From: Pirellula staleyi DSM 6068
GTDB lineage: Bacteria; Planctomycetota; Planctomycetia; Pirellulales; Pirellulaceae
Assembly (NCBI GenBank): GCA_000025185.1
Contig: CP001848.1
Location: forward strand, 1,671,699-1,735,698
Direction: 5' to 3'
DNA length: 64,000 bases
Shown: piece by piece, positions 1 through 10,132 of the stretch
How the letters are laid out: each line of letters starts with the position of its first letter
Position numbering within the stretch: position 1 is the first letter of the stretch
Position numbers and translations under genes: made by a program
Notes under the pieces: generated by a model
Database searches by the model: none
The model's input: the letters and a program-made list of their open reading frames with translations, nothing else
What the model was told of the DNA's origin: nothing

Positions 1-753
1 GAATTCTACGGTGAAGCGGGAGATGACTTCCTGACGGGCAGCTTCAACAACGACCTCTTGGTCGGTGGTCTCGGCAACGATCGCATCAATGCCAGCAGCG
101 GCAACAACATCGTCTGGGGCGACGACGCTCCGACGAGCGACGAGCTCAATCCGCACGAGCTCAACATCGGCGGTAACGATACGCTGAGCGCGCTCGGCGG
201 CAACGATCTCTTCTACGCCGGTGGCGGCAACGATAGTGTGAGCCCTGGCGCGGGTGACGACTGGATCCACGGCGGCTACGGCAACGATCAGCTGAGTGGC
301 AGCTCGGGCAACGACCGCATTTACGGCGCGCAGGGGAACGACACGATCAGTGGCGATGTCGGCGACGACTTCCTCAGCGGCGGCGATGGCGACGATCGGC
401 TGTACGGCCGCGATGGCAACGACGTACTGATCGGCGGCGACGGCGTTGATCTGGTCGACGGCGGCAACGGCAACGACCTGGTGCTCGCGGCGATCACCAC
501 TTACCAAGGGACGAGCGACACGGCGACGAGCAACACGTATAGCAGCGCGGTCGATGCCGCGATGCTCGCGCTGCTGGTGGCCTGGAACAGCGGCGGCCCG
601 GTCGCCCCGAATCTCACCCACACCGACGACCTCGACCGCGACACCGTTTACGGTGGCAGCGGCAACGATCTCTTCGGCACCCACACCAATGCCGACCCCC
701 TCACCAGCGACATCCGCGGCGACTTCAACAACTCCCAAGACACCAGCCTCTAA
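1..753 (+). CDS. 3' fragment (5' end cut by the window) of a second giant RTX-type adhesin-like gene. It encodes GGxGxD nonapeptide (hemolysin-type Ca-binding) repeats and ends TAA at 751-753.
   Basis: Frame 1 is open from base 1 (EFYGEAGDDFLTGSFNNDLLVGG...). The 251 aa are identical to the C-terminus of the 4153-aa protein at 16185-28646. Repeats of the GGNDTL/GGGNDS/GDGDDR type are visible. Confidence 0.8.
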   Translation, partial: EFYGEAGDDFLTGSFNNDLLVGGLGNDRINASSGNNIVWGDDAPTSDELNPHELNIGGNDTLSALGGNDLFYAGGGNDSVSPGAGDDWIHGGYGNDQLSGSSGNDRIYGAQGNDTISGDVGDDFLSGGDGDDRLYGRDGNDVLIGGDGVDLVDGGNGNDLVLAAITTYQGTSDTATSNTYSSAVDAAMLALLVAWNSGGPVAPNLTHTDDLDRDTVYGGSGNDLFGTHTNADPLTSDIRGDFNNSQDTSL

Positions 754-754
754 A

Positions 755-900
755 GCAGCCAGGGACCAGAGGCCAGGGGCCAGAGAAGGCCTGAGACCAG
801 AGGCGAGAGGTGAGAGAAAGCAAGAGACTAGGATCTAGAGACTAGGGTCTAGCCAAAGTCGGAGCAGGCTGAAGCAGCTGAAGAAGAGCAGCAAAATCGA
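755..900. repeat. Degenerate purine-rich heptamer-like low-complexity tract (gaccaga/ggccaga/gactagg units) directly after the stop. It is the diverged counterpart of the perfect heptamer arrays at 16066-16181.
   Basis: Read directly: agggaccagaggccaggggccagagaaggcctgagaccagaggcgagagg...gactaggatctagagactagggtctag. Confidence 0.5.
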
Positions 901-1010
901 GCAGCCAAAGGTGGCTGCTCGGGGGGCGATGGGTTTGGCTCGCAATGCGTGGGAGGATCGGTTCTACTGCTCGGTGCAACAAGGTTTCGTTGTAGCGAGG
1001 GTAAGAGCTC

Positions 1011-2135
1011 ATGGATCGTCGTCAGTGGGGATATGCCGCAGTTTCGGCGGCGCTCGTTGGGGCAAGTTCAGCTCCGCAGGGACCGCTCGTCGCGCTGCTG
1101 ACGGCAGCGGAGCCTCAGATGCGACGGACGCACACGACGATCGAAGGGGACTCGTTCCTGGTGAATGATCGGCCGACTTATGCCGGTCGCTCGTGGCGCG
1201 GTAAGTCGATCGAAGGACTGCTGCTGAATGCCCGTTTTGTGCAAGCGACGTTCGACGATCTGAATGTCGATACACGCTCGCGATGGGTCTATCCCGACAC
1301 AAAAACGTGTGACCCTCGGCGCAACACTCGCGAGTTTCTCGAGCAAATGCCGATCTGGCGCAAAGCAGGACTCCTCTCGTTCACACTCTGCTTGCAAGGG
1401 GGTAGTCCCGAGGGGTACTCCAAAGATCAGCCGTGGGAGAATAGTGCGTTCGATGCGCAGGGAAAACTCCGCGCGGAGTACTTGGCGCGACTCGAGCTCA
1501 TTCTGGATCGAGCCGATGAGCTGGGGATGACGGTGATCTTGGGCTACTTCTACTTTGGCCAGGATCAGCGGCTCGAAGAGGAGTCGGCGGTGATTCGCGC
1601 GGTCACCGAGGCGACGGAGTGGCTCGTCGCCAAAGGTTACCGAAATGTGCTCGTCGAGATTGCCAACGAGTGCGACAACGCGAAGTACGATCATGCGATC
1701 ATTCAGCCGAAGCGAGTGGGCGAGCTGATTGCGCTGGCTCAGAAAATTGGCAAGCCGATCGATCTGAAAGTCGGTGTCAGCCACAACGGCGGGCGCGTGC
1801 CGAGCCAGGAGCTGATCGCCGCCAGCGACTTTGTGCTACTGCATGGCAATGGCGTGGCCGAGCCTTCACGAATCGGTGCGATGGTGGAGCAAGTGCGGCG
1901 TAGTCCTGCCTATCGACCAAAGCCGATCTTATTCAATGAAGATGACCACTTCGATTTCGACCAAGAGGAGAACAACTTTCAGGTTGCGCTGGCCCACCGA
2001 GCTTCGTGGGGCTACTTCGACCCGGGCAAAAGCAACTACGTCGACGGCTATCAGTGTCCCCCGGTGAACTGGTCGGCGAGCACCGATCGAAAGCGGGCGT
2101 TCTTCGAGCTTCTGGCCGAGATCACCGGCAGCTGA
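1011..2135 (+). CDS. Secreted TIM-barrel glycoside-hydrolase-like protein (GH5-like; IANECDN resembles the NEP acid/base motif).
   Basis: 374-aa ORF with a signal-like N-terminus; EIANECDN and LGYFYFGQD motifs. Family assignment is by eye only. Confidence 0.5.
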   Translation: MDRRQWGYAAVSAALVGASSAPQGPLVALLTAAEPQMRRTHTTIEGDSFLVNDRPTYAGRSWRGKSIEGLLLNARFVQATFDDLNVDTRSRWVYPDTKTCDPRRNTREFLEQMPIWRKAGLLSFTLCLQGGSPEGYSKDQPWENSAFDAQGKLRAEYLARLELILDRADELGMTVILGYFYFGQDQRLEEESAVIRAVTEATEWLVAKGYRNVLVEIANECDNAKYDHAIIQPKRVGELIALAQKIGKPIDLKVGVSHNGGRVPSQELIAASDFVLLHGNGVAEPSRIGAMVEQVRRSPAYRPKPILFNEDDHFDFDQEENNFQVALAHRASWGYFDPGKSNYVDGYQCPPVNWSASTDRKRAFFELLAEITGS

Positions 2136-2399
2136 GCATAAAAGAAATTCTTGGTGGGTGTTCGGCCGCAGGCTGGCATCGCTGGGTGATCAGCGGACCC
2201 TTCCAGGGGCGTGAAAAAAGCTGCTCGAGAAGGAGTCCACTGTCGGCTGAATGGGCAAATGGGGGTTGCTAGGGAACTGATTTGCGACGAGCTGAGAACG
2301 TTTTTCGAGGAGCATTCCCGGTGGGCTGATGTGGCAAAGAACAGCCGACCTGCCGCTAGCTGGCAACGGAAAACCGCAGATTTCGAGGGGCTTTTGCTG

Positions 2400-2431
2400 G
2401 GTTGTGGAGATTGGGCGTAGGGCTCTATAAT
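2400..2431 (+). promoter_or_regulatory. Putative sigma70-like promoter upstream of metK (TTGTGG-N18-TATAAT).
   Basis: Perfect TATAAT at about 2425-2430 with a weak -35 18 nt upstream. A possible AGGAG RBS lies 8 nt before the GTG start at 2497. Confidence 0.3.
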
Positions 2432-2496
2432 TTGCCGTTTAGGTTTTTGGGCCCGCCCGGTCCCAACTTCGGGTCGAGTTATCAGGAGCGCAATCA

Positions 2497-3687
2497 GTGG
2501 CATCGGGAAAGTTTTTGTTCACCAGTGAATCGGTCAGCATGGGTCACCCCGACAAGCTTGCCGATCGTATTTCGGATGGCGTTCTTGATGCTTGCTTGGC
2601 GCAAGATCCGATGAGCCGCGTGGCTTGCGAAACGCTCGTCACCACCGACTTCTGCTGCTTGGCTGGCGAAATCACCACCAAGGCTGTGGTGGACTTCGAG
2701 AAAGTGGCTCGCGAAGTGATTCGTGAAGTTGGCTACGTCGACGACCGCATCGGCTTCTCGGCCGACACCTGCAAGGTGGAAGTGCGCCTGCACAGCCAAA
2801 GCCCCGACATTGCTCAAGGTGTGAACGACGACGCCACCAAGGGAAAAGATATCGGCGCTGGCGACCAAGGGCTGATGTTCGGCTTTGCTTGCGACGATAC
2901 CCCCGAACTGATGCCGCTGCCGATCGCTCTCTCGCACCGCATCCTGAACCGCCTGACCGAAGCTCGTCAAAACAAAGAAGTGTCGTGGCTCCGTCCCGAT
3001 AGCAAGAGCCAAGTGACGGTGGAATACGATGGTGATCGCGCTGTCCGTATCGACACCGTCGTCGTCAGCACGCAGCACGACGAAACCGTCAGCGACAAGC
3101 AAGACGTAATTCGCGACTTCGTGATCAACAAGATCATCAAGCCCGAGCTGCCTGAAGAATTGGTGACCGGCGAAATCACCTATCACATCAATCCGACCGG
3201 CAAGTTCGAAGTGGGTGGACCTCACGGCGACTGCGGTCTGACCGGCCGTAAGATCATTGTTGATACCTACGGTGGTTGGGGTCGTCACGGTGGTGGTGCG
3301 TTCAGCGGTAAGGACCCCACGAAGGTCGACCGCAGCGCTGCCTACATGGCTCGCTACGTGGCCAAGAACATCGTGGCTGCTGGTCTTGCTTCGCAGTGCG
3401 AAGTGCAGCTGGCCTACGCCATCGGTGTGAGCGAACCTGTCAGCATCAACATCAACACGTTCGGCACGGGTCGCGTTTCGGAAGATCAACTCGTCACGCT
3501 GGTGCGTCGTAACTTCCCGCTCACTCCCAGCGGCATCATTCGTCACCTCGACCTCCGTCGTCCGATCTATCGCAAGAGTGCTGCTGGTGGCCACTTTGGT
3601 CGTGCTCTTCCCGAATTCAACTGGGAAAAGACCGACAAGGCTGCCATCCTGGCCGAAGAAGCTGGCATCGCCGCCGCTGCTCGCTAG
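2497..3687 (+). CDS. metK: S-adenosylmethionine synthetase (methionine adenosyltransferase).
   Basis: GTG start. [27 protein letters not shown] matches the MetK N-terminus (E. coli [25 protein letters not shown]). [12 protein letters not shown] and [19 protein letters not shown] motifs are present. Confidence 0.95.
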   Translation: MASGKFLFTSESVSMGHPDKLADRISDGVLDACLAQDPMSRVACETLVTTDFCCLAGEITTKAVVDFEKVAREVIREVGYVDDRIGFSADTCKVEVRLHSQSPDIAQGVNDDATKGKDIGAGDQGLMFGFACDDTPELMPLPIALSHRILNRLTEARQNKEVSWLRPDSKSQVTVEYDGDRAVRIDTVVVSTQHDETVSDKQDVIRDFVINKIIKPELPEELVTGEITYHINPTGKFEVGGPHGDCGLTGRKIIVDTYGGWGRHGGGAFSGKDPTKVDRSAAYMARYVAKNIVAAGLASQCEVQLAYAIGVSEPVSININTFGTGRVSEDQLVTLVRRNFPLTPSGIIRHLDLRRPIYRKSAAGGHFGRALPEFNWEKTDKAAILAEEAGIAAAAR

Positions 3688-3750
3688 TGCAGCTGCTCCG
3701 CTGTGTTGGAGTGTCGACAACAGCCGCTGACGGATTCATCCGTTAGCTCC

Positions 3751-3808
3751 GAAAAACGCAAACGCCGAGTGCCATCTTCCAACGATGCCCTCGGCGTTTG
3801 TTTTTGCG
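3751..3808 (+). terminator. Rho-independent terminator after metK.
   Basis: aaacgccgag...ctcggcgttt stem followed by gtttttgcg. Confidence 0.5.
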
Positions 3809-3952
3809 CTGTCGCTGTCTTGGCTTAGCCTTTTTGGGGCAGCCCGGTTTGGGCAGGCCTGTTTTGCCCGCTGGCATATTTTGAGCAACAAGGTTCTGCT
3901 ACGATTCGCGAGTTCTCGCCATCGATCGGGTAGGCCTCGAACCGAATTTCCC

Positions 3953-4666
3953 ATGCACTCCGCCACCGCAACCACCGCGCGCGACGATCTTCAGGCGGTC
4001 ATCGTGCGCGCAGTGATCGGAGCGGCTGCGACCTCGCTGCTGGTGGTGCTGGTGGTGCTGGCACTCACGCAGCTGACTCTCGGGCTCGCCCTCGTTGTGA
4101 TCAGTGGCAGCCTCGTCTCGCTGGGGCTCGTGATCTACTGTTTTTTGCTCGACCGAGCAGCGGCTACCGAGACACTCAGCGTCGCCAGAATCGCCCCCGC
4201 AGCGACCTCTGAGATCCGGCTCCCTTCGCCTCCAGCTACTGCTCCGGAAGTCGAGCAAGAGACAGAGCTTGCAGCGAATCTGCTTCGGGAATCTGCACTC
4301 GACGAAACTTTGCTTGAAGCGACCTCGGTCGATGAAAATGCCCTGGAAGAAGAGTCGGCTGAGCTCCCCGATGGCGCCACGCTGCGGCTGACCCGCTACG
4401 AGCGTCCCGGCGAAGGTTCGTCGCTAGTGGCAGCGGTCCGAATCGTCCCCGAGCAGGGGGAAACCACGCACGTGCTACATCTGCTGTTTCAGCCTCCCTT
4501 TGAGGCCAGCCCCACGGTGGAAGCTGAAGTGGCAGAAGGAGATGCGGAGCTGTCGACTACCCTCGTCGAGCCCTACGGCTGCCGTCTCGAGGTGAAACTG
4601 GCTCCCGGCACATCCGGGCCAGTGGTGCTGCAATTGGTGGCCTATCTCGAGTCCCCCTCGTTGTAA
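3953..4666 (+). CDS. Hypothetical membrane protein: 2-3 N-terminal TM helices and an acidic Glu/Ala-rich C-terminal region.
   Basis: ORF 3785-4666 overlaps the metK terminator, so I take the ATG at 3953 (MHSATATT...). Hydrophobic LLVVLVVLALTQLTLGLALVVISGSLVSLGLVIY. Confidence 0.45.
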   Translation: MHSATATTARDDLQAVIVRAVIGAAATSLLVVLVVLALTQLTLGLALVVISGSLVSLGLVIYCFLLDRAAATETLSVARIAPAATSEIRLPSPPATAPEVEQETELAANLLRESALDETLLEATSVDENALEEESAELPDGATLRLTRYERPGEGSSLVAAVRIVPEQGETTHVLHLLFQPPFEASPTVEAEVAEGDAELSTTLVEPYGCRLEVKLAPGTSGPVVLQLVAYLESPSL

Positions 4667-4723
4667 TCCACCTCCCCGACTCATCTCCTCGCGGCCTTAG
4701 TTGCATCAGGTTATCATTAGCAG

Positions 4724-5782
4724 ATGCAAGCTCATCTACTTCTCCTCGGCTACTGTGTTCTGATCGTTGCTGCCTCGATGATCGGCGGCTATCTCCCCAC
4801 GCGCGTCCGTCTCACGCATCGCAGCATGCAGATGGTGATGAGCTTCGTCGGCGGCTTTATGCTCGGCGTCGCGCTGCTGCATCTCATTCCGCACAGCCTG
4901 GTGGAAGGTCTCGCGATCGACTCCGCGATGGCCTGGGCACTCGGCGGCCTTCTGTTCATGTTCCTGCTGATCCGCGTGTTTCACGTTCATCAGCATGCCG
5001 ATTTGGAAGGGGACCCCGGACATCATCATGGTCACTCGCACGGGCACAGCCATTCGCATAGCCACGCGCACGATCATGGTCACAGCCACGCGACTCCAGC
5101 AGCTGGCGAGATGGCACTACCGATGGCTGGCACGCCGCACGTGCATGGGCCCGACTGCGATCACACGCATGAGCCTGGTCATGTGACGGCAGCAGGGAGC
5201 TCGCTGAACTGGTTGGGACTCGCCATCGGCCTCAGCTTGCACACGATCATCGATGGTCTCGCGCTCGGCGCTGCAGTGGCTGCTGAAGCCCATGGTGGAC
5301 ACGCCTTTGCATTATTCGGCCTTGGTACGTTTCTAGCCGTGCTGCTACACAAACCGCTCGACGCTTTGACGATCACGTCGCTGATGAAAGCGGGAGGCTG
5401 GAACACCAAGAATGCCATGATTGCCAATGCTTGCTTCGCGGTGATGTGCCCGCTGGGAGCGATTGGCTTTGTGCTGGGAGTCGACAATTTTGTCGGCGAG
5501 CAGGCATTCGTGATTGGCTGTGCCCTCGCTTTTGCAGCGGGCGTTTTCCTCTGCATCTCGCTGGCCGACTTGCTCCCCGAAGTGACGTTTCACTCGCACG
5601 ATCGGGCCTCGCTCACCGCGCTGCTGTTGCTCGGTGTCGCGATTGCGTGGGGAATTGGGCTCGTCGAAGAGCCGCATACTCACGGGCATGGTGCTCACAG
5701 CCACGCGGCCGATGATCACGGTCATAGTCACGACGACCACGATCACGACCATGCTCCGAAAGCCTCGCCGAAAAAGCCGTAG
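4724..5782 (+). CDS. ZIP-family divalent metal transporter with a His-rich cytoplasmic loop and His-rich C-tail.
   Basis: Multiple TM segments. HGHSHGHSHSHSHAHDHGHSH loop. LHTIIDGLALG (HxxxDG) motif. C-terminal HGHGAHSHAADDHGHSHDDHDHDH. Confidence 0.65.
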   Translation: MQAHLLLLGYCVLIVAASMIGGYLPTRVRLTHRSMQMVMSFVGGFMLGVALLHLIPHSLVEGLAIDSAMAWALGGLLFMFLLIRVFHVHQHADLEGDPGHHHGHSHGHSHSHSHAHDHGHSHATPAAGEMALPMAGTPHVHGPDCDHTHEPGHVTAAGSSLNWLGLAIGLSLHTIIDGLALGAAVAAEAHGGHAFALFGLGTFLAVLLHKPLDALTITSLMKAGGWNTKNAMIANACFAVMCPLGAIGFVLGVDNFVGEQAFVIGCALAFAAGVFLCISLADLLPEVTFHSHDRASLTALLLLGVAIAWGIGLVEEPHTHGHGAHSHAADDHGHSHDDHDHDHAPKASPKKP

Positions 5783-5818
5783 CCGCTTCTGACGGATCGG
5801 AGCGAGATGTGTGAGCTC

Positions 5819-8368
5819 TTACTTGCCGCTGCGCAAATGGCGCATCAATCCGTGCGTCGGAAACGCGCCGCCGATCCCATAGACGTGATGTACTTTGTGA
5901 TCGGAGTAGAGCTTGTGATAGCCGGCGATCGAACGCTCGATTTCGCTACCGATCTGCACGAAAATGGGGCTCATCGTCGCATGGAGCAAATGAAAGCGGC
6001 GTGCTTTCGATGGCTCGCGTTTCAGCTGCTCAGCTTGCGGATAGGTGAGCTGAAATTGCTTCACGAGGGCCTGTGTCATGGTGTCCCCTCCCTTGCCGAA
6101 GCTGCGAAACCAAACCGAAGTCGCCGTGCTGATCACCACGTTGCTCGACTCGGTTCCTAGATCGACAATCGCAATCGCATCGCCACTTGCGGCCTGCTCG
6201 GCAGCTCCTTGGGCTTTGATTGCCTTCAGCTTCGGGTCAGTCTCGAGCGTATCGGGATAGAACTCCTGCACCATCGCATTGTGGATCGCGATGCACTCGC
6301 TTTGCACAATGTCGACGTTGATTCCGGCGGTCTTGAAGATCGCCAGCCGCTCTTGCACATGCACTTCGCGGGCGGCAACCACCATGATGCGGCGGGGGAA
6401 CTCGTCGGCGGTCTTCGCATCGCGTTCGTCGAGTATGTAGTGGCTCCAGCATAGCTCCTCGAGGTTGATCGGAATCTGGTGCTTGGTTTCATACTGCACT
6501 GCGCCGGCCACTTTTTTGGCCGGGAGTGGCGGCAGTTCGAAAAAGCGTCCAAGCACTCGATGGCCGGGGACCGCAATCACCACCTTCGCCCCCTTGAGAT
6601 CCGCGCGCGACAGGAAATCCTTCAGTGTCGCTTGCATCAGCTCGTTGCGATCAAGTTCCGCATCGGGGTGCGTGAGAGGGGAACTGTGCGGAATAAACTC
6701 GGCCTGTTCTAGTTTCACGATCTTCGTTTTGGGATCGCGCGTTAGCTTCACCGCTTTGAGGGCGTACTCGGAGAGATCGATTCCCCAGGCGATGTCGCTC
6801 GTCTTTGCGCCGAAGGAAAAACCGATCGCGCCGAGCATCGATTTTTTCTGACCGGGCATGAGATTCAGGTCGATGGCAGCGCGGCCAATGCCTTGCAGCG
6901 CGAGTCCTGCAGCGACAAAAAACTGCCCGGGCTGATCGGCCATCGCTTCGGCGACCGCTTCAGGAACATTCTCGAATTTTGTGAAGTGCCCGAGCCAGTC
7001 GACTGGCAATCCCAGCATCGTCCGTTTGGGGATCGGTGCCCAGTTGGGGGCCGCGATGCGGGGGTCGGCATGTTTCCCTTTCACCTTCACGTCGAGTTTT
7101 TCTTTGAGCGTTTTGCCTTCGGGGTTCGAGGCAGCGATCTTCAGAAAACGATTCGCGAGCGCCACCAGCGGCGGGTCGGCTAGGGCTGCGAGTCGCAGGT
7201 TTAGCAGCAGCGCTTGAAGTTCGTTCGCGGTATCGAGCAGCGAATCGGCCTCTTCGGTTTTCGCAAACGATGGGATCTGCTCGAGGGACGCAATCGCTTC
7301 TTCATAGGCGTGCGTTTTGAGTTTGCTTTTGGCCTGTTTAACAAACTGATCGCGGAGCGAAAATGCCAGCTCTTGAGCCTTCGTATGATCGGGCTTGAGC
7401 ATCAGCAGACGCTCGATTTTGGGCAGGAGATCCCAGCTCCGTTTTTCTTCCACAGCCTGGCGAATTTCGCCACTTAGCTGCAGCAGCTCGGTGCGACAAT
7501 CGCGCGATTTTTCGAGGAGCCGCTGATGCGCGTCGCTGCGGAGTGGCACAGGCACTTCGTCGATCACCGAGAGCGATTTGTCGTAGGCATGGCGCTCGAA
7601 GTACTTGGTCGCCAAGACGAGCGCTTGCGCGGCCTTCTGTTTTTCTTCATCGCGGCGAGCTTCCACCCGCTTAATCTCGTCGAGCGCATCGATGGCGAAC
7701 GATTCGAAGCGTGGGTCGTCGATGGCTGCGATACCTCGCAGCGCCGAGATGGCCGCATCGTAGCGATGCGACTCGAGCAGCTCCATCGCCGCTTCTTTAC
7801 GCTGCCGCAGTTGCTGCGTTTGCGCGTCGAGATTGCCATGCACATCGGTGCCGCAAATGCCGCAAAAACGCTCGTCAGCAGCACACTCGGCGTTGCATTT
7901 GGGGCACTTTTCCCAGAGCGGTTTGCCACAGCTGCCGCAAAACTTACGATTGGTCGGATTGGATTTCGTGCAGTGGCGGCAAACCACCGTTTGCCCTGCA
8001 GCGGCGAGGGGTCCTGCATTTCCGTTGCCCGAGGAGTCGGTGTTGTCGACTCGTGGACGGGGGCCCACACCGCGCCGCTTGAGCGCTGCGTCGAGCACCG
8101 CCTTACGTTCAGGGTCCGCCATTTCACGAATGGCCGCTTGCAACTCGTCCCACACTTGCTGCCACAGCTGCGGATCGGAGACGGTGGTGCGAATGGTTTC
8201 GAGTTGTTCTTGCTGACGCACCACCGCCGCTTGAATGCGGGCCAGGTTGCTTTCGAGCGGAGGCAAACCGAGAAGCTGGTAGGGATTCAGCGGGCGATCG
8301 TAGTCAGGTACACCGAGCCACACGCGATAAGGATCGAAATCGATGGCGGTTTCTGCCATGGTTCGCAC
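5819..8368 (-). CDS. Multidomain protein. N-terminal J-domain-like segment without an HPD motif, a double zinc ribbon, a long TPR/helical middle and a C-terminal PilM-like actin-fold ATPase domain.
   Basis: NPYQLLGLPPLESNLARIQAAVVRQ is J-like. CRHCTKSNPTNRKFCGSCGKP...CPKCNAECAADERFCGICG is the ribbon pair. The C-terminus (GIDLSEYALKAVKL...AIVDLGTESSNVVI...VYGIGGAFP) resembles type IV pilus PilM. Confidence 0.7.
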   Translation of the reverse strand: MRTMAETAIDFDPYRVWLGVPDYDRPLNPYQLLGLPPLESNLARIQAAVVRQQEQLETIRTTVSDPQLWQQVWDELQAAIREMADPERKAVLDAALKRRGVGPRPRVDNTDSSGNGNAGPLAAAGQTVVCRHCTKSNPTNRKFCGSCGKPLWEKCPKCNAECAADERFCGICGTDVHGNLDAQTQQLRQRKEAAMELLESHRYDAAISALRGIAAIDDPRFESFAIDALDEIKRVEARRDEEKQKAAQALVLATKYFERHAYDKSLSVIDEVPVPLRSDAHQRLLEKSRDCRTELLQLSGEIRQAVEEKRSWDLLPKIERLLMLKPDHTKAQELAFSLRDQFVKQAKSKLKTHAYEEAIASLEQIPSFAKTEEADSLLDTANELQALLLNLRLAALADPPLVALANRFLKIAASNPEGKTLKEKLDVKVKGKHADPRIAAPNWAPIPKRTMLGLPVDWLGHFTKFENVPEAVAEAMADQPGQFFVAAGLALQGIGRAAIDLNLMPGQKKSMLGAIGFSFGAKTSDIAWGIDLSEYALKAVKLTRDPKTKIVKLEQAEFIPHSSPLTHPDAELDRNELMQATLKDFLSRADLKGAKVVIAVPGHRVLGRFFELPPLPAKKVAGAVQYETKHQIPINLEELCWSHYILDERDAKTADEFPRRIMVVAAREVHVQERLAIFKTAGINVDIVQSECIAIHNAMVQEFYPDTLETDPKLKAIKAQGAAEQAASGDAIAIVDLGTESSNVVISTATSVWFRSFGKGGDTMTQALVKQFQLTYPQAEQLKREPSKARRFHLLHATMSPIFVQIGSEIERSIAGYHKLYSDHKVHHVYGIGGAFPTHGLMRHLRSGK

Positions 8369-8476
8369 TTGATTCTCTGAAGGAACAGGACGGGTGGTGG
8401 GCTAGGTGGGAGGTCGAGCAGCGGAGGATTCCGTCAATTGTTGACGCACGCGACACGTTTGCTCGTCCGTGATGAT

Positions 8477-9667
8477 TTACTCACTCACCACCATCAGCAG
8501 ATTCAGCGACACTTCTCCGATCCGGGGATGCCCAGTGGCAATGCGAATCGTTCCGTAGGGATTGCCAAGCATCTGACAGGCAGGGGCATCTTCGGGAATG
8601 GTGATGACAAGGTCATAGAGCCCAGCGACTTGATCGTCGGACTCGTGAGGCTTTAGTTCAGCCTGCAGGAAATCGGGGATCAGCGTGATTTTCGGCGCGG
8701 TGAGCGTCGGTTCATCGTCCCGAATCTTGACGAGCACCTTGGTGGCCTTGGCCTTCCCTTGCTTGGTCTTGCCGAGATCGATTTGACCTTCGCCGTCGAG
8801 CGAACTGACAGCCGCCCCGTACATGGTGAGCCGAAGTCCCACTTGGCCTTTGAGTTCCAGTTGAAAATCGATCGGCTGAGCACCCGGCGTTCCGGGCGAG
8901 ACTTGCATGTACAGCGTGTCGCTAAAGTTCCCTTGCGGCAGGTCGGGGGGGAGGGTGACGACGAGCTTCTGCACCATTTTGGCGTCGTAGTCCGGCAAAT
9001 CGTCGATCGTCGCGGGCTCGATTTTCCACGCTAGGCCCGGCAAATTCGACTTCAGGTTGCTGAGCGTGAAGTTGTCATACAGCTGCGAGTAAAGAAGCAC
9101 CGACGCTGTGGTTTCCGTGCCGGGCTGCATCTTCGGGACGATGATCTCGGGCACGTTAGCGTTGAGTTCCTGCCGCACTTTTCCCTTCACGTTAAAGTCG
9201 ATCGACTTACGGAACGGGTCGTTGGTTTTGATTTCGGCATAGTGTGAGTAGAACAAGTTGTAGCGCCCGGTATTCCACTCGAGCTTCACTTTCCCTTCGC
9301 CACCGGGGGGGATTTCGCGGTCGGAGAGTCCACCGACCGTGCACTTGCAGGTGGTGCTGCCGACATCGAGCTTCAGCGGCGCATCGCCGTCGTTGCGGAT
9401 GACAAACTCATGAAAGCCATCGGTCAGCGGGTCCATGACACCGAAGTCGTACTCTTTCGACGGCGCGATCGCTTCGGGCAATTTGGTTTTCTTGCGTCCC
9501 TCGACGGTGGCCGCCTCGACAATAGCGGCTCCATTCTCGCCAATGACCACGCGCAGTTCGGGTGAGTCGCGATGCTTATACAGAAAAGTGCTCTGCGACG
9601 ACGCATAGACAATCAGCGTGGCGAGGGCGAGCAGAATCGTGGCGACAATGGCAACGGTGCGATTCAT
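8477..9667 (-). CDS. DUF1573 (Ig-like fold) domain protein with an N-terminal TM anchor.
   Basis: Start at ATG 9667 (MNRTVAIVATILLALATLIVYA). YDFGVMDPLTDGFHEFVIRNDGDAPLKLDVGSTTCKCT fits the DUF1573 repeat (FDFGxV...F.I.N.G..PL.I..V...C.CT). Same strand and directly upstream of the PilM-like gene. Confidence 0.7.
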   Translation of the reverse strand: MNRTVAIVATILLALATLIVYASSQSTFLYKHRDSPELRVVIGENGAAIVEAATVEGRKKTKLPEAIAPSKEYDFGVMDPLTDGFHEFVIRNDGDAPLKLDVGSTTCKCTVGGLSDREIPPGGEGKVKLEWNTGRYNLFYSHYAEIKTNDPFRKSIDFNVKGKVRQELNANVPEIIVPKMQPGTETTASVLLYSQLYDNFTLSNLKSNLPGLAWKIEPATIDDLPDYDAKMVQKLVVTLPPDLPQGNFSDTLYMQVSPGTPGAQPIDFQLELKGQVGLRLTMYGAAVSSLDGEGQIDLGKTKQGKAKATKVLVKIRDDEPTLTAPKITLIPDFLQAELKPHESDDQVAGLYDLVITIPEDAPACQMLGNPYGTIRIATGHPRIGEVSLNLLMVVSE

Positions 9668-9904
9668 AAGAGCAAGAATCCGTCGGGACTGAGATAGCAA
9701 ACGACCTGTGGAGTGTTTGGCGGCGATGCCATCCTGGCGACGATTGGGAAATCGCGCCGCTGGGCCTTGCGGCGCGAGGTTTGTAGTCTGCCTCACCGCT
9801 GTGAAGATTGAGTGAAGTAATGATGAAGCGAGTTGCGGTTGAACTCGATATTCACACCTCTTCAGCCGCTTCCTTGCACCCGCAATCGGCTGCGGCAAAG
9901 CGCA

Positions 9905-9944
9905 TGAAAAAGGACAGGCGAAGAGCATGGCCCTCCGCCTGTCC
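9905..9944 (-). terminator. Rho-independent terminator on the minus strand downstream of the DUF1559 gene.
   Basis: On the minus strand: ggacaggcg-N15-cgcctgtcc stem followed by tttttcatgcg. Confidence 0.55.
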
Positions 9945-10132
9945 GGCATGTTGTCAATCGTTGTGGTAAGTCAAAGCGAGGGGGTACTTCGCGAAGCAGG
10001 GTTCACCGCCGACGAGTCGTGGTGAGTCCGTTGCTGGCGAGAAGCTTTATCGTTGAGGTTCGCTCGCGGAGGGAGATTCTGGCGTCGACCTGCGACACCA
10101 GAATCTCGTGATCACGTGGAGCGAAGACACGA

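Noticed and set aside
446-838. 130-aa ORF on the plus strand, and its twin at 16115-16492 on the minus strand.
   Set aside because: An alternative frame of the RTX-repeat coding region. It exists in both copies only because the DNA is identical, and the translation is compositionally biased.
3785-3952. Upstream extension of the 3785-4666 ORF.
   Set aside because: It overlaps the metK terminator hairpin and T-tract. The downstream ATG at 3953 is more plausible.
9668-9949. N-terminal 94-aa extension of the DUF1573 ORF (MPDRRRAMLFACPF...).
   Set aside because: The extension is Arg/Pro-rich with no membrane signal, whereas the internal ATG at 9667 gives a clean TM anchor start. The extension region also carries a terminator-like hairpin.
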